Positions 21,601-30,600 of a stretch of 64,000 bases of DNA are shown in pieces (positions within the stretch are counted from its first letter, which is position 1; every line of letters starts with the position of its first letter). The notes below the pieces were generated by a model. That model searched no databases and was not told where the DNA came from. It saw only the letters and a list, made by a program, of their open reading frames with translations. Position numbers and translations under genes: made by a program. Location of the stretch: positions 2,111-66,110 of the forward strand of contig JBLYPW010000002.1 of assembly GCA_048538275.1 (NCBI GenBank), read 5' to 3'. The stretch comes from Candidatus Komeilibacteria bacterium. GTDB taxonomy: Bacteria; Patescibacteriota; Patescibacteriia; UBA1558.

Positions 21601-21957
21601 ACTTACACTTTATACAAAGACTCAATCACTAATAAATTCAGTTTTCATGTTAGATTAGATGGAAGTGAAGAAACTCAAAGAAAAGCAGAAGCAAACGATG
21701 TAGTGGATACTGAATGGCACCATGTAGTAGGAACTTATGATGGTTCAATAGTTAAACTATATGTTGATTATATTTTGCAAGATACAATTGATTCTACTAG
21801 TGGAGTTATAGATATTGATAATTCTAATATTTTAGGTATAGGATATAGACCAGTTAATGATGACCAGTTTTGGAATGGTCAAATTAAAGACGTCCGTATC
21901 TACAACCGAGCATTATCTGCCGATGAAGTTAAATTATTATATGATAAAGGGCGTTAA
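18676..21957 (+). CDS. LamG surface protein 3 (3 LamG domains with nested CBM-like inserts); no REP in the leader
   Basis: TM ALIVVGF shared with the 14926 gene; internal repeats PLNSESEKVGS...QTADTTPNANHG. Confidence 0.85.
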   Translation: MLNKIKNFIIHNLLTSVVVALIVVGFIVSIGLAVGGGGGGGTITAGDINKGLVFHAPLNSESEKVGSELVTNGGFDSSTGWGAGTAWSIANGVASYDDSGTSILSQNNVFTVGKSYIIKFTISNSSGNGGYIAIYSDASGVVGYTYYTDGTYVVQGTANGTQLRIYGSSGGSSFDIDDVSVKEIQTADTTPNANHGTVYGATQNTDDMSFDGTDDYVDVEDSNILDIQVIDGISISAWIKPVNTTASDTYSSTNPQYIVIKGAAPLNSNYWFRILGQKLNFGWRNSANDGYNTKDMDSHNLTNNEWQHVLVIHDGSDIIFYIDGVEQASSVSSGSMTDESISNSDLLYIGVEFGNSQRYFNGSIKDFRIYNRALSATEVKSLYDLGGRQNQISTGSLYKGLVLDMPLNSESEKVGSNIFTSNNPNFESDTNSPPVYWYNTGTHVATAVVDATSPNGSNVMEIVASGTGSFSSNAVWNGFFKYGRLVSGKSYRLIFYAKSISGSTIISGRFQSISIPNWTITTDWERYEYDFIGNGGTYNELYFLSASGAATFRIDNILVKELQTADTTPNANHGTVYGATQNADTMSFDGDDYVKIDNILLADNFSISFNYTPDTIGSSREIIDIGKNAFTYENFRLGLLSNGGTETVISDTSSTRAFPTSFPAGTFTSGIKKYIAVTYDGTNFRNYADGTLISTSANVSFASELVSTYLFTRNGATNFNDGSLQDVRIYNRALSADEVKQLYDLGGRQNQVSTGSLYKGLVLDMPLNSESEKVGSELVTNGDIASSGVTDNWTAVNSTLTAENNGLKVSDNGSYSSAYQLINTVVGKKYRLTFDAEEVSGGFFVVYTSSTAPDGTSYGDTGRYVSSSTGRQVIDFISTTTTLHIIFASQSTDYAIYNNISFREIQTADTTPNANHGIVHGATVGSDSTSFDGTDDYIQIPSNSNLDLQYVSVSAWVKYATGGIIIVNKYNTQPGTYTLYKDSITNKFSFHVRLDGSEETQRKAEANDVVDTEWHHVVGTYDGSIVKLYVDYILQDTIDSTSGVIDIDNSNILGIGYRPVNDDQFWNGQIKDVRIYNRALSADEVKLLYDKGR

Positions 21958-24900
21958 ATTAAATAAAATCAACCCCCGGCGTTGGCAACCCCCGGCGTTG
22001 ATTATAATAACAGCGATTATTATTGTAATTGGCCTTATTTATATCTTTAATAAACCAGAACCAGCCACTGCTTGGTTCAATGACGGCTGGCATTATCGGC
22101 AGACAGTAGCTGTTACTAATGCTGGTACTGAACAAACAGACTTTCAGATTAAGATAACTTTAGATACAGCCGCATTGGTTACGGCAGGCAAAATGCAATC
22201 AGATTGTGATGATATAAGACTTACAGACATTAATGGTAATGTATTATCTCATTGGATAGAAGATACCACTTGCAACACCGCGGCAACAGAGATTTGGACA
22301 AAGCTAGCATCAATTCCCACAACAGCAATTAATTTATATTTATATTATGGTAATCCTAGTGTTAATAGTGTTGAGGTGGGACAGTGTGATATGTTTGTAT
22401 GTTGTGGCTCAGATGTAGGTGGATCTTATCATAACAATCCAGGTTATGGATTAACATATAATACAACCGAAGATTATACTTTACAATTCGTTACATTGGA
22501 TTCAGAAATAGCTCAGGATATTGATGTTTATGTTCACGATGGGCCGGCGCCTACAGATACAATTTTATATACAAAATCTATATCTTTATCTTCTGGATTA
22601 AATACAGATGTTAATATTGAGATACCATTAGGTATAGGCACTAATTATTTATTAAGACCAGATAATACTAGGGATAATTTAAAAAGAACGCCTGACGACT
22701 CAAATTTACCATACGTTTGTGAAGGAATTACCATTAATGGTGGTAATCAAGGGTATTCTACATATTATTATTATTTTTATAATTGGAAATTAAGAAAACA
22801 TACTACCACCGAGCCAGTTGTTGGTGATCCATCTTCTGAAGAAAAAGGCCCGGGACCAATTGCTTATTGGAAATTTGATGAGGGTTATGGAATAACCGCA
22901 CAAGATTCTACCACGGGTAATAATGACGGCACCATAACCGGTGCCACTTGGCAAGCAGAAGACATGTGCGTGAGTGGGAAGTGCTTGAGTTTCAACGGCA
23001 GTAGTTATTTTGTTAAGGTTTCCGATAATAGTATTTTAAAACCCACAGATGTTATCACCGTAGGGGCGTGGTTTAATAGTAATGACATTACTACGTCCGG
23101 TCAACGCATAGTTTCTAAAACCGAAGGCAGCGGGTATCAATTAAGTTTAAACGAAAATAGCGCCTGTCCTACCAATACATTGTGTTTTTTAGCCCATGTT
23201 GCTGGAGGATATAGATCAGCTAGTTACGCCTCTTCTAATATAGAAAGCAATAAATGGTATTATCTCGTAGGCACATTTGATGGCACCAATGGTTATCTTT
23301 ATTTGAATGGTGAACAGGTTGGTAGTTTTTCTCAGTCTGGAACAATAGCTACCAGTACAGCTCCCGTATGTTTAGGAGCAGAGGCAACATCAACCTCTTG
23401 TAGTACGGGTTATTTTAATGGTCGGATGGATGGTGTAGGAATTTATAATTACGCTCGCACCGCCGCTCAAATAAAAGCAGATTATCTAGCTGGACAATCA
23501 GGCGCACCATCTGGTGCCAGCGCGTCTTTGGGTAGTAGGCAACAAGATCAGAGTGAAGGTTTGGTAGGTTATTGGAAGATGGATGATGCGGGTGTAGATG
23601 CTGAAGGTGAAACCATCAGTGACAGTTCCGGTAACGGTAATAGCGGCACGCTTTATGGTGATAATGCTACCGGTGATAATGGTACTGGCATGGATTGCAC
23701 AGCTAGCGGTAAATATGGCACGGGTTGTAGTTTTGATGGAGTGGATGATTATGTTTCAATCATAGATAATGGTGATTTGGATTTAGAAACAGCATGGACT
23801 GTCGCGACTTGGGTAAAACGAGAAGGCACTTGCGATAGTGGCGGTTATTCTAAAATAGTTTCAAAATGGGAAAATTATTTTTTAGCTATAGATTGTAATT
23901 TAGGTGATAATGTTTTGTATGGCTGTGTGGGTGATGGCTCTGGTCATACTTGTAATAATTCAAGGGATACGACTTTACCTCTTAATGAATGGCATTTTTT
24001 GACTTTTACATACAGCGAAGCCTTAGGTAAAGCCGATCTTTATATGGATACTCAATTAATACATAGCGTTGATGCTACTAGTACTGCTAGTAGCAATTAT
24101 GATTTAAATTTTGGTACGCCACATTCTGGTGTTACCAATCAGTATTTTCAAGGCAAAATAGATAATGTAAAAATATACAATACCGCCCGTACAGCCGAGC
24201 AGATCATGCGCGATTATAAAACCGGACCACCGCCGGTGGCTTACTATGATTTTGAGGAAAAATCTACATCTATAGCATATGACAAATCAACCTATGGTTA
24301 TAACCTTACAGCCGTTGGACTGGACAGTACAAATATAGTTTTAGGAAAAATTGGCAGTGCCTATAAATATGGGACGTGGACTGAAAGACACACTGGTTCA
24401 AGTTTTAATATTTGTAATAACATAACAATGGAAGCGTGGGTTTATCCTTTATCCACTCCATCAAATATGTATACGATTGTGTTAAATAATGGGGCAAATG
24501 CTGCTTATTTGAGCTATGATCCGTCCAATGGCGTAAGTACATATTGGTACAATAAATCTTCTGTAGGTTATCATTCATCTGGATCGTCCACAGTACCTTT
24601 AAATACATGGTCGCATGTAGCAGCTGTTTGGGATAATACTGGGGCTAATCTTTATGTAAATGGGATATTGAAAAATTTTGTATCATCTACAGGAACTTCG
24701 TCGTGTACTGGTGATGGTTTGGTTGTGGGAGCTGAAAATGACGTTAGACAAATGGATGGTTATATTGACGAGGTGAAAATCTACAACTACGCTCGCACCC
24801 CAGAGCAAATTTTACAAGACATGTATGGGGATGAGGACGCGCATCCGATTGCATATTACAAATTTGATGAGGGGTATGGAACATCTCTCAAAGATTCTAT

Positions 24901-26860
24901 AAATAATAATGATTTAACTAATAGTGGGGCTGATTGGACGCCAAATGGTAGGTTTAATAAGGCTCTAAGTTTTAATGGGTCTAGTGATTACTTAACTCGT
25001 AATATATTTTCTGATGATTGGACAAATTCATCATCTGGAAGTATTTCTATGTGGTTTAATTGGGATAGTACTGACACGGATGGAGTGGCGGGGCTTTTAG
25101 CTATTCAAGACACAAGTACAAACAACAATCTTTTTCGTTTATCTTTGGGTAATACTACCGGAAGCTGGGACGATGAAAGTATAAGAGTAGAATTTTATGA
25201 TAACTCCATTTGGGTTTATAATTATGTTTATAGAGGTGGTGAAGTTTTGTATAGGGATAGTCAGTGGCACAATGTTGTGTTTACTATAAATGAGAATGGT
25301 AATAATTTGTATGTTGATGGTGAAAAATTATCTGTGTCACAATGGGGAAGTTCTTTAGAGGGACAATCATCAACGCGTTGGTTAGATGATATACCAGAAG
25401 TGAATAATATTTTCGTTGGGTCTACGTATAGTAGCGGCGCTCCATATATTAATATTAAGGGTAAAATTGATGAATTAAAAATATTCAACTTTGCCTTGTC
25501 TCCAGAACAGATTAGGAAAGAATATAATCAAAGCGCGGGCTTGCAAATTAGAACACAAAAAAATGATTCATCCACTTGGGATGATGGTGGCTTTGGTGGT
25601 GCCGCGCCAATAGCGTATTGGGATTTTGAAGAGGGTAGTGGTAGTACGGCTTATGACAAGTCGGGCAATGGTTATAATGGTAGCATAGTAGGCGCTGCTT
25701 ATGATTTGGGCAAGAATGGTTGGGGTTTGGATTTTAATGGCACTAGTGATTATGTGAGTACGGGATTTACCGGATCATTTGCTGATATGACACAAGAATT
25801 TTGGATATATTTGCCCAGCGATTTTGATAATACGGTGCGTAATGAGGTGATTGGTGTAGATTGGACAGCTGGCGATAGAGCCACGCATTTTGCTATTGGT
25901 TGGGATAGTACTGCTAATACGCATTGGAATACAGGTAATGACTGGACCAATATACCAAATGACAATTTGAAAACCGGCTGGAACCATGTAGCCTTGGTTA
26001 TGGACAGCTCATCATCAAAGAAAATAGTTTATTTTAATGGCGCGGTAGCTTTGAGTAATAGTAATTATTCGGCGATAAACATATCAACTGATTTACAAAT
26101 CGGATATTTACGCGACTATGCTGGTTCTTATTTAGAATATCCATTAGACGAAATGAAAATATTTAACTACGCGCGCACTCCGGCGCAGATTGCTTATGAT
26201 TACAATGGTGGCAAGCCAATCGGCTGGTGGAAATTTGATGATGGTGAGGGAATTACTGCCAACGACGCTTCGGGTAATGGTAATAATGGAACATTGACCA
26301 ATATGGATCCGGCCACCGATTGGCTGGAAAGTAGCAATTGCCAATTTAATGGTTGTTTGGATTTTGATGGGACGGATGATAGAATTATAATCAATGAAAG
26401 TTCAGTTCTTAAGCTGACCAAAGCCGTTTCAATAGCAGTTTGGGTTAAGCCAAGCGCAATGGGTGTAAATCACTGGGGTTTGGTTAGTCAGGGTGATGCT
26501 TTCGGAGAATCATATTCTTTATATATAAGATACAACACCAACAACATGATAAGGATGGTTATTAATAATAATGGTTCTACGGCAGGAAATTTAGATATAG
26601 GTCAATGGAATCATATTGTGGGAACTTTTGATGTTACAGATGGTATTAAATTATATAAGAATGGAGAGTTGATTACTACAACTGCTTATTCGTCAGATAT
26701 AGTGCCGGTAGCAGAGGGTTTGTATATTGGCTGGCAATCTGGTTTATCAGGTTCAGATTATTTTCAGGGAAATATGGATGACGTCCGTATTTATAACTAC
26801 GCTTTAACAGCAGATCAAGTCAAAGAGGTGATGAATTATGGTTTGATCAGGTTTAAATAG
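21941..26860 (+). CDS. DUF2341 + 6 LamG surface protein 4
   Basis: Likely start is ATG 21941 (MIKGVKLNKINPRRWQPPALIIITAIII), overlapping the upstream stop by 17 nt; DUF2341 motif WHYRQ...GKMQSDCDDIRLTD...WIE...YYGNP. Confidence 0.85.
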   Translation: MIKGVKLNKINPRRWQPPALIIITAIIIVIGLIYIFNKPEPATAWFNDGWHYRQTVAVTNAGTEQTDFQIKITLDTAALVTAGKMQSDCDDIRLTDINGNVLSHWIEDTTCNTAATEIWTKLASIPTTAINLYLYYGNPSVNSVEVGQCDMFVCCGSDVGGSYHNNPGYGLTYNTTEDYTLQFVTLDSEIAQDIDVYVHDGPAPTDTILYTKSISLSSGLNTDVNIEIPLGIGTNYLLRPDNTRDNLKRTPDDSNLPYVCEGITINGGNQGYSTYYYYFYNWKLRKHTTTEPVVGDPSSEEKGPGPIAYWKFDEGYGITAQDSTTGNNDGTITGATWQAEDMCVSGKCLSFNGSSYFVKVSDNSILKPTDVITVGAWFNSNDITTSGQRIVSKTEGSGYQLSLNENSACPTNTLCFLAHVAGGYRSASYASSNIESNKWYYLVGTFDGTNGYLYLNGEQVGSFSQSGTIATSTAPVCLGAEATSTSCSTGYFNGRMDGVGIYNYARTAAQIKADYLAGQSGAPSGASASLGSRQQDQSEGLVGYWKMDDAGVDAEGETISDSSGNGNSGTLYGDNATGDNGTGMDCTASGKYGTGCSFDGVDDYVSIIDNGDLDLETAWTVATWVKREGTCDSGGYSKIVSKWENYFLAIDCNLGDNVLYGCVGDGSGHTCNNSRDTTLPLNEWHFLTFTYSEALGKADLYMDTQLIHSVDATSTASSNYDLNFGTPHSGVTNQYFQGKIDNVKIYNTARTAEQIMRDYKTGPPPVAYYDFEEKSTSIAYDKSTYGYNLTAVGLDSTNIVLGKIGSAYKYGTWTERHTGSSFNICNNITMEAWVYPLSTPSNMYTIVLNNGANAAYLSYDPSNGVSTYWYNKSSVGYHSSGSSTVPLNTWSHVAAVWDNTGANLYVNGILKNFVSSTGTSSCTGDGLVVGAENDVRQMDGYIDEVKIYNYARTPEQILQDMYGDEDAHPIAYYKFDEGYGTSLKDSINNNDLTNSGADWTPNGRFNKALSFNGSSDYLTRNIFSDDWTNSSSGSISMWFNWDSTDTDGVAGLLAIQDTSTNNNLFRLSLGNTTGSWDDESIRVEFYDNSIWVYNYVYRGGEVLYRDSQWHNVVFTINENGNNLYVDGEKLSVSQWGSSLEGQSSTRWLDDIPEVNNIFVGSTYSSGAPYINIKGKIDELKIFNFALSPEQIRKEYNQSAGLQIRTQKNDSSTWDDGGFGGAAPIAYWDFEEGSGSTAYDKSGNGYNGSIVGAAYDLGKNGWGLDFNGTSDYVSTGFTGSFADMTQEFWIYLPSDFDNTVRNEVIGVDWTAGDRATHFAIGWDSTANTHWNTGNDWTNIPNDNLKTGWNHVALVMDSSSSKKIVYFNGAVALSNSNYSAINISTDLQIGYLRDYAGSYLEYPLDEMKIFNYARTPAQIAYDYNGGKPIGWWKFDDGEGITANDASGNGNNGTLTNMDPATDWLESSNCQFNGCLDFDGTDDRIIINESSVLKLTKAVSIAVWVKPSAMGVNHWGLVSQGDAFGESYSLYIRYNTNNMIRMVINNNGSTAGNLDIGQWNHIVGTFDVTDGIKLYKNGELITTTAYSSDIVPVAEGLYIGWQSGLSGSDYFQGNMDDVRIYNYALTADQVKEVMNYGLIRFK
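21970..22000 (+). repeat. REP-A doublet, in frame in the leader
   Basis: caacccccggcgttg-g-caacccccggcgttg. Confidence 0.92.
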
Positions 26861-26864
26861 AATC

Positions 26865-26911
26865 CAACCCCCGGCGTTGCCAACGCCGGGGGTTGACAAC
26901 ACCCGGTGTTG
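26865..26911. repeat. REP-A triplet upstream of RAYT1 (inverted pair plus variant caacacccggtgttg)
   Basis: caacccccggcgttg-c-caacgccgggggttg-a-caacacccggtgttg. Confidence 0.92.
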
Positions 26912-26927
26912 GCGGTAAATTATAGAA

Positions 26928-26962
26928 AACAGGGTCTATCTAACGATTAACCCTGTATTTTT
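26928..26962 (+). promoter_or_regulatory. Conserved RAYT 5' hairpin with T-run abutting the ATG
   Basis: aACAGGGTctatctaacgattaACCCTGTattttt-ATG; the same motif precedes RAYT2 and RAYT3. Confidence 0.6.
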
Positions 26963-27538
26963 ATGCCTAAAATTGAGCGAAATATTGAACCCGGCTCTAT
27001 TCATCATGTCTATAATCGGTCGGTAGAGAAAAGAACCATATTTTTTATTGACAGAGATTATCAATGGTTTTTAGAAAAAATAGCGTTTTATAAAGTTAAA
27101 TATAAGGTAAAAATCTTAGCTTTTGCGCTTTTGCCTAACCATTGGCATTTGTTAGTGCAGGAACAGGAAGTAGTCCAACCCCCGGCGTTGGCAACGCCGG
27201 GGGTTGTTAGAATGATTGGAGATTTATGCAATGCCTATGTCAAGCGCTTCAACATAGCTCATGATCGCTCTGGACCCTTATTCCAGGGCAGATTTAAGTC
27301 AAAAGTGGTTGAAGATGAGCATTATTTGCAGAATCTTATTAATTATATCAATCTCAATCCAGTAAAACATAAAATAGTAAAGAATATTAAAGACTGGGAT
27401 TATACGTCACATTGGCACTACTTGGAGAAAGGGAAATTTGCTTTGGTTGATAAGAGTGAGTTTATAGATTTTGCGGTTTATAAGGCTGGCGTGGTTGATT
27501 ATTTACGAAAATTTGAGAATATTGAGGAAGAATTTTAA
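26963..27538 (+). mobile_element. RAYT1: REP-associated HUH (Y1, IS200-like) tyrosine transposase
   Basis: HHVYNR...PNHWHLL (HUH)...GPLFQGRFKSK...YINLNPVK (catalytic Tyr); REP-A on both sides and inside the gene (27176..27206). Confidence 0.88.
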
Positions 27539-27576
27539 ATCCAACCCCCGGCGTTGCCAACGCCGGGGGTTGGATT
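27538..27576. repeat. REP-A inverted pair (perfect 19-bp arms) downstream of RAYT1
   Basis: aatccaacccccggcgttg-c-caacgccgggggttggatt. Confidence 0.92.
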
Positions 27577-27673
27577 ACACAAAATCGTATTTTTCTGTTA
27601 TAATTTAATCGTAAAATTACAAAAAAAGAGGGCCATGTTAAAAGGTTTTTTGACGTGGCTTTTTATAATATAG

Positions 27674-30600
27674 ATGTTGAATATAAAGGAAAAATTTAAA
27701 ATCAACCCCCGGCGTTGGCAACGCCGGGGGTTGGCAACACCCGGTGTTGGAATCCGCATCGCTTCTATTCTTTTTATTGCTATCATTATAGTAGCTGGTT
27801 TAATTTATATATTCAATAAACCTCAATCAGTAGAAGCAACTTGGTGGAACCCCACCTGGAGTTATAGACAAAGCATTGCTGTCACCAATGGCTCAGGCGG
27901 TACTTTAACAGATTTTCAAGTTGAGATATTGCAGAATGTTGATTTGAGTAGCCTTAATACAGCCGGCAAGCTGCAAGCAGATTTGGCTGATTTACGTTTT
28001 ACCGATATAAATCATAGAGTTCTGCCTTATTGGATAGAAGATAATACTATCTCTTCTGTAAATGCTTGGATTAAAATACCATCTATTCCTACAACCGGTA
28101 CTACTATTTATATGTATTATGGGAATTCATCGGCTAGTGATGCGCAGGATGGATTTAATACATTTTTGGCTTTTGATGATTTTGAAGACGGGGATATGAG
28201 TACATGGGAGCATATAGATGCTTGGGGAGATAATCTTGGCACATGGACAGAGTCTGGTGGCGTTATGCGTGCTGATTGTAATACTTTATGGTGCCATGAA
28301 ACTGCCTGGCAACATGTAAATTTTCAAACCGATAATGTTGCTTTAGCTGCCAAACATCGTTGTTTGGGTAATAATTCTGACGGTGAAGGTGGGATAGGTA
28401 TTTCTTTTACAGGCGGATGGGAAAATTATAGCACACAACAAACAATGCTTATCCGTAATGATAATCAAGATATCTGGGCAAGTGGAGGCACCCCTAGTAC
28501 CACCGTGTCGTTTACTAATACATGTAATACATGGTATAAAACCGAAATTAGAGATATTGCTGGCTCTAATGCAACTTTATGGGTGGATGATGTACAAAAA
28601 CATGCCACCACTAATAGTGTTACTACTGTAAACGGTAGGCCAGCTTTATCCCAGTATAAGGGTGATATTGAATACGACTGGGTATATTATAGAAAATTAG
28701 CATCCACTCAGCCTACAGCCGGCAGTCCAGCCACTGAAGAAAACGCCCCCGGCCCAGTGGGTTATTGGAATTTTAATGAGGGATTTGGCACAACAGCTTA
28801 TGATAGTACAGGTTATGGTAATGATGGGACAATTTCAGGGGCAACCTGGGTGCAGAATGGTAAAAGTGGTAGAGCTTTGAGTTTTAACGGGAGTAGTGAT
28901 TATATTATAACTAATAATGATATTGGAATATCAGGAACAGATGAAAGGACAGTTAGTTTATGGGTAAAAACTACATCAGCAAATGTTACTACAAATTCTA
29001 TTATTTTTGGAATGGGCACCGCTGCTGCTAATAATTTATTTGCCATGAGAACTGATTCTACTACTGATACTTGGAGATTTACAGATGCATCAGTTGCAAG
29101 AGAAACAAATGTCTCAACAACTGGTCAGTGGCAACACATAGTAACTATACTTGATTCTAGTCAACAATTAAGCGTTTATATTGATGGAATTATAACAGAT
29201 GTAAATAATATTGATTTGTCATCACAAGATACTACTAATGCTCCTTTCTATATTGGTTCAAGTGTTAATAATACTTTGTATTTTGATGGTCTCATAGACG
29301 AAGTACGCATCTACGACCGTGCCTTGTCAGCCAATGAAGTGAAACAGCTTTATAATCAAAATGCCGGCAGCTTTAATGTCGGGCAGTCTGGTATATCCAC
29401 TTCTTGCGCTGATCAATTGGCAAAAAATCCCGGCTCTAAGTCTGGTGTTTATACTATTGATCCTGGCTATGGAGTTGATCCTTTTGATGTTTATTGTGAT
29501 ATGGAGACTGACGGTGGGGGGTGGACTATGGTGGCATCAAATCATTCTAGTAGTACTTTAATACCCTCTGGCACTGGCAGAAATTCTGCTGAGTATGAGT
29601 TGGATAGGAATGGCAGTTATACTGCGTTAGGGACACCTTCTCCAAATACGGATTATATTATTGGCGCAGCTATTAATATATTGGAATGGGATGAAGCAAG
29701 GATTACTATGTTTGGGTTTGATTCAACTAGTTCATCGTATGTTTATCCCACAAATTTGGGAGATTATGCAGATGTTAAATGGGATGTTCCTGGTTCTGAT
29801 GCCGGACGGTTGGATCAGGCCGTTGCGGCAGCTAGTGTGTCCATATTTAGGAATAATAATTTTGCAAGTTTTCATCCAAGTGTTGCTTATTTCTATGTAG
29901 ATGGAGTACATCATGACTATATGCCAGATAGTGTATATGGCGCTAATGCAAATCAGGCAACAGTTGGAGGTGTTGGTAGAAGTGGCACGACTGTTACCGG
30001 TACATACTTTGGGCATGGTGTAACTGAGGGAAGTTTTGAGGGTTCATATGGCCCAGGAAACACGGCGAGTAAAAATGCCTCTGGGTATGTTACGTGGGTT
30101 AGAAGTAATACTGTGACTAGTTCATCTGGCGTTGCTCTAGACCTCCCCTTTGAAGCCGTATCCGGCTCTACGACTTATGATATTTCTGGTAATGAAAATA
30201 ATGGCACCATTACCGGCGCTACTCACAAAACTTCAGCCAATTGTAAGGTGGGGCGGTGTTTTGAGTTTGATGGGAGTGGTGATACTATAACCATAAGTGA
30301 TAGCACCAGTATTAATGCTATAGGGCAAGCTATGACGCTATCTGCCTGGGTTAAACCATCAGCATTTACAACTAGTTATAGGTCGGGGATTATCACAAGA
30401 CGTAATGGCAATGCAGGTATTGGATTTTATTTGGCCGGTGATTTAGATCCTGCTACATCAGGAACAATGGAGGCTATGATTGGGGGCGGGGCAAATGTTG
30501 CAGCTAATACAGCCTTACCACTAGATGAGTGGTCTTATACAACTATGGTCGCAAGCGGCGACAGTATTTCTTTTTATTTGAATGGAGTAGATGATGGTGG

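Noticed and set aside
21857-21940. N-terminal extension of the 1667-aa ORF
   Set aside because: It overlaps the conserved C-terminus of the upstream gene in another frame; ATG 21941 gives a leader matching the paralogs.
26963-27538. Classical integron, or IS200/IS605 with TnpB
   Set aside because: The enzyme is an HUH/Y1 protein, not an IntI tyrosine recombinase; no attC-like sites or tnpB were recognised; flanking multicopy palindromes fit a RAYT.
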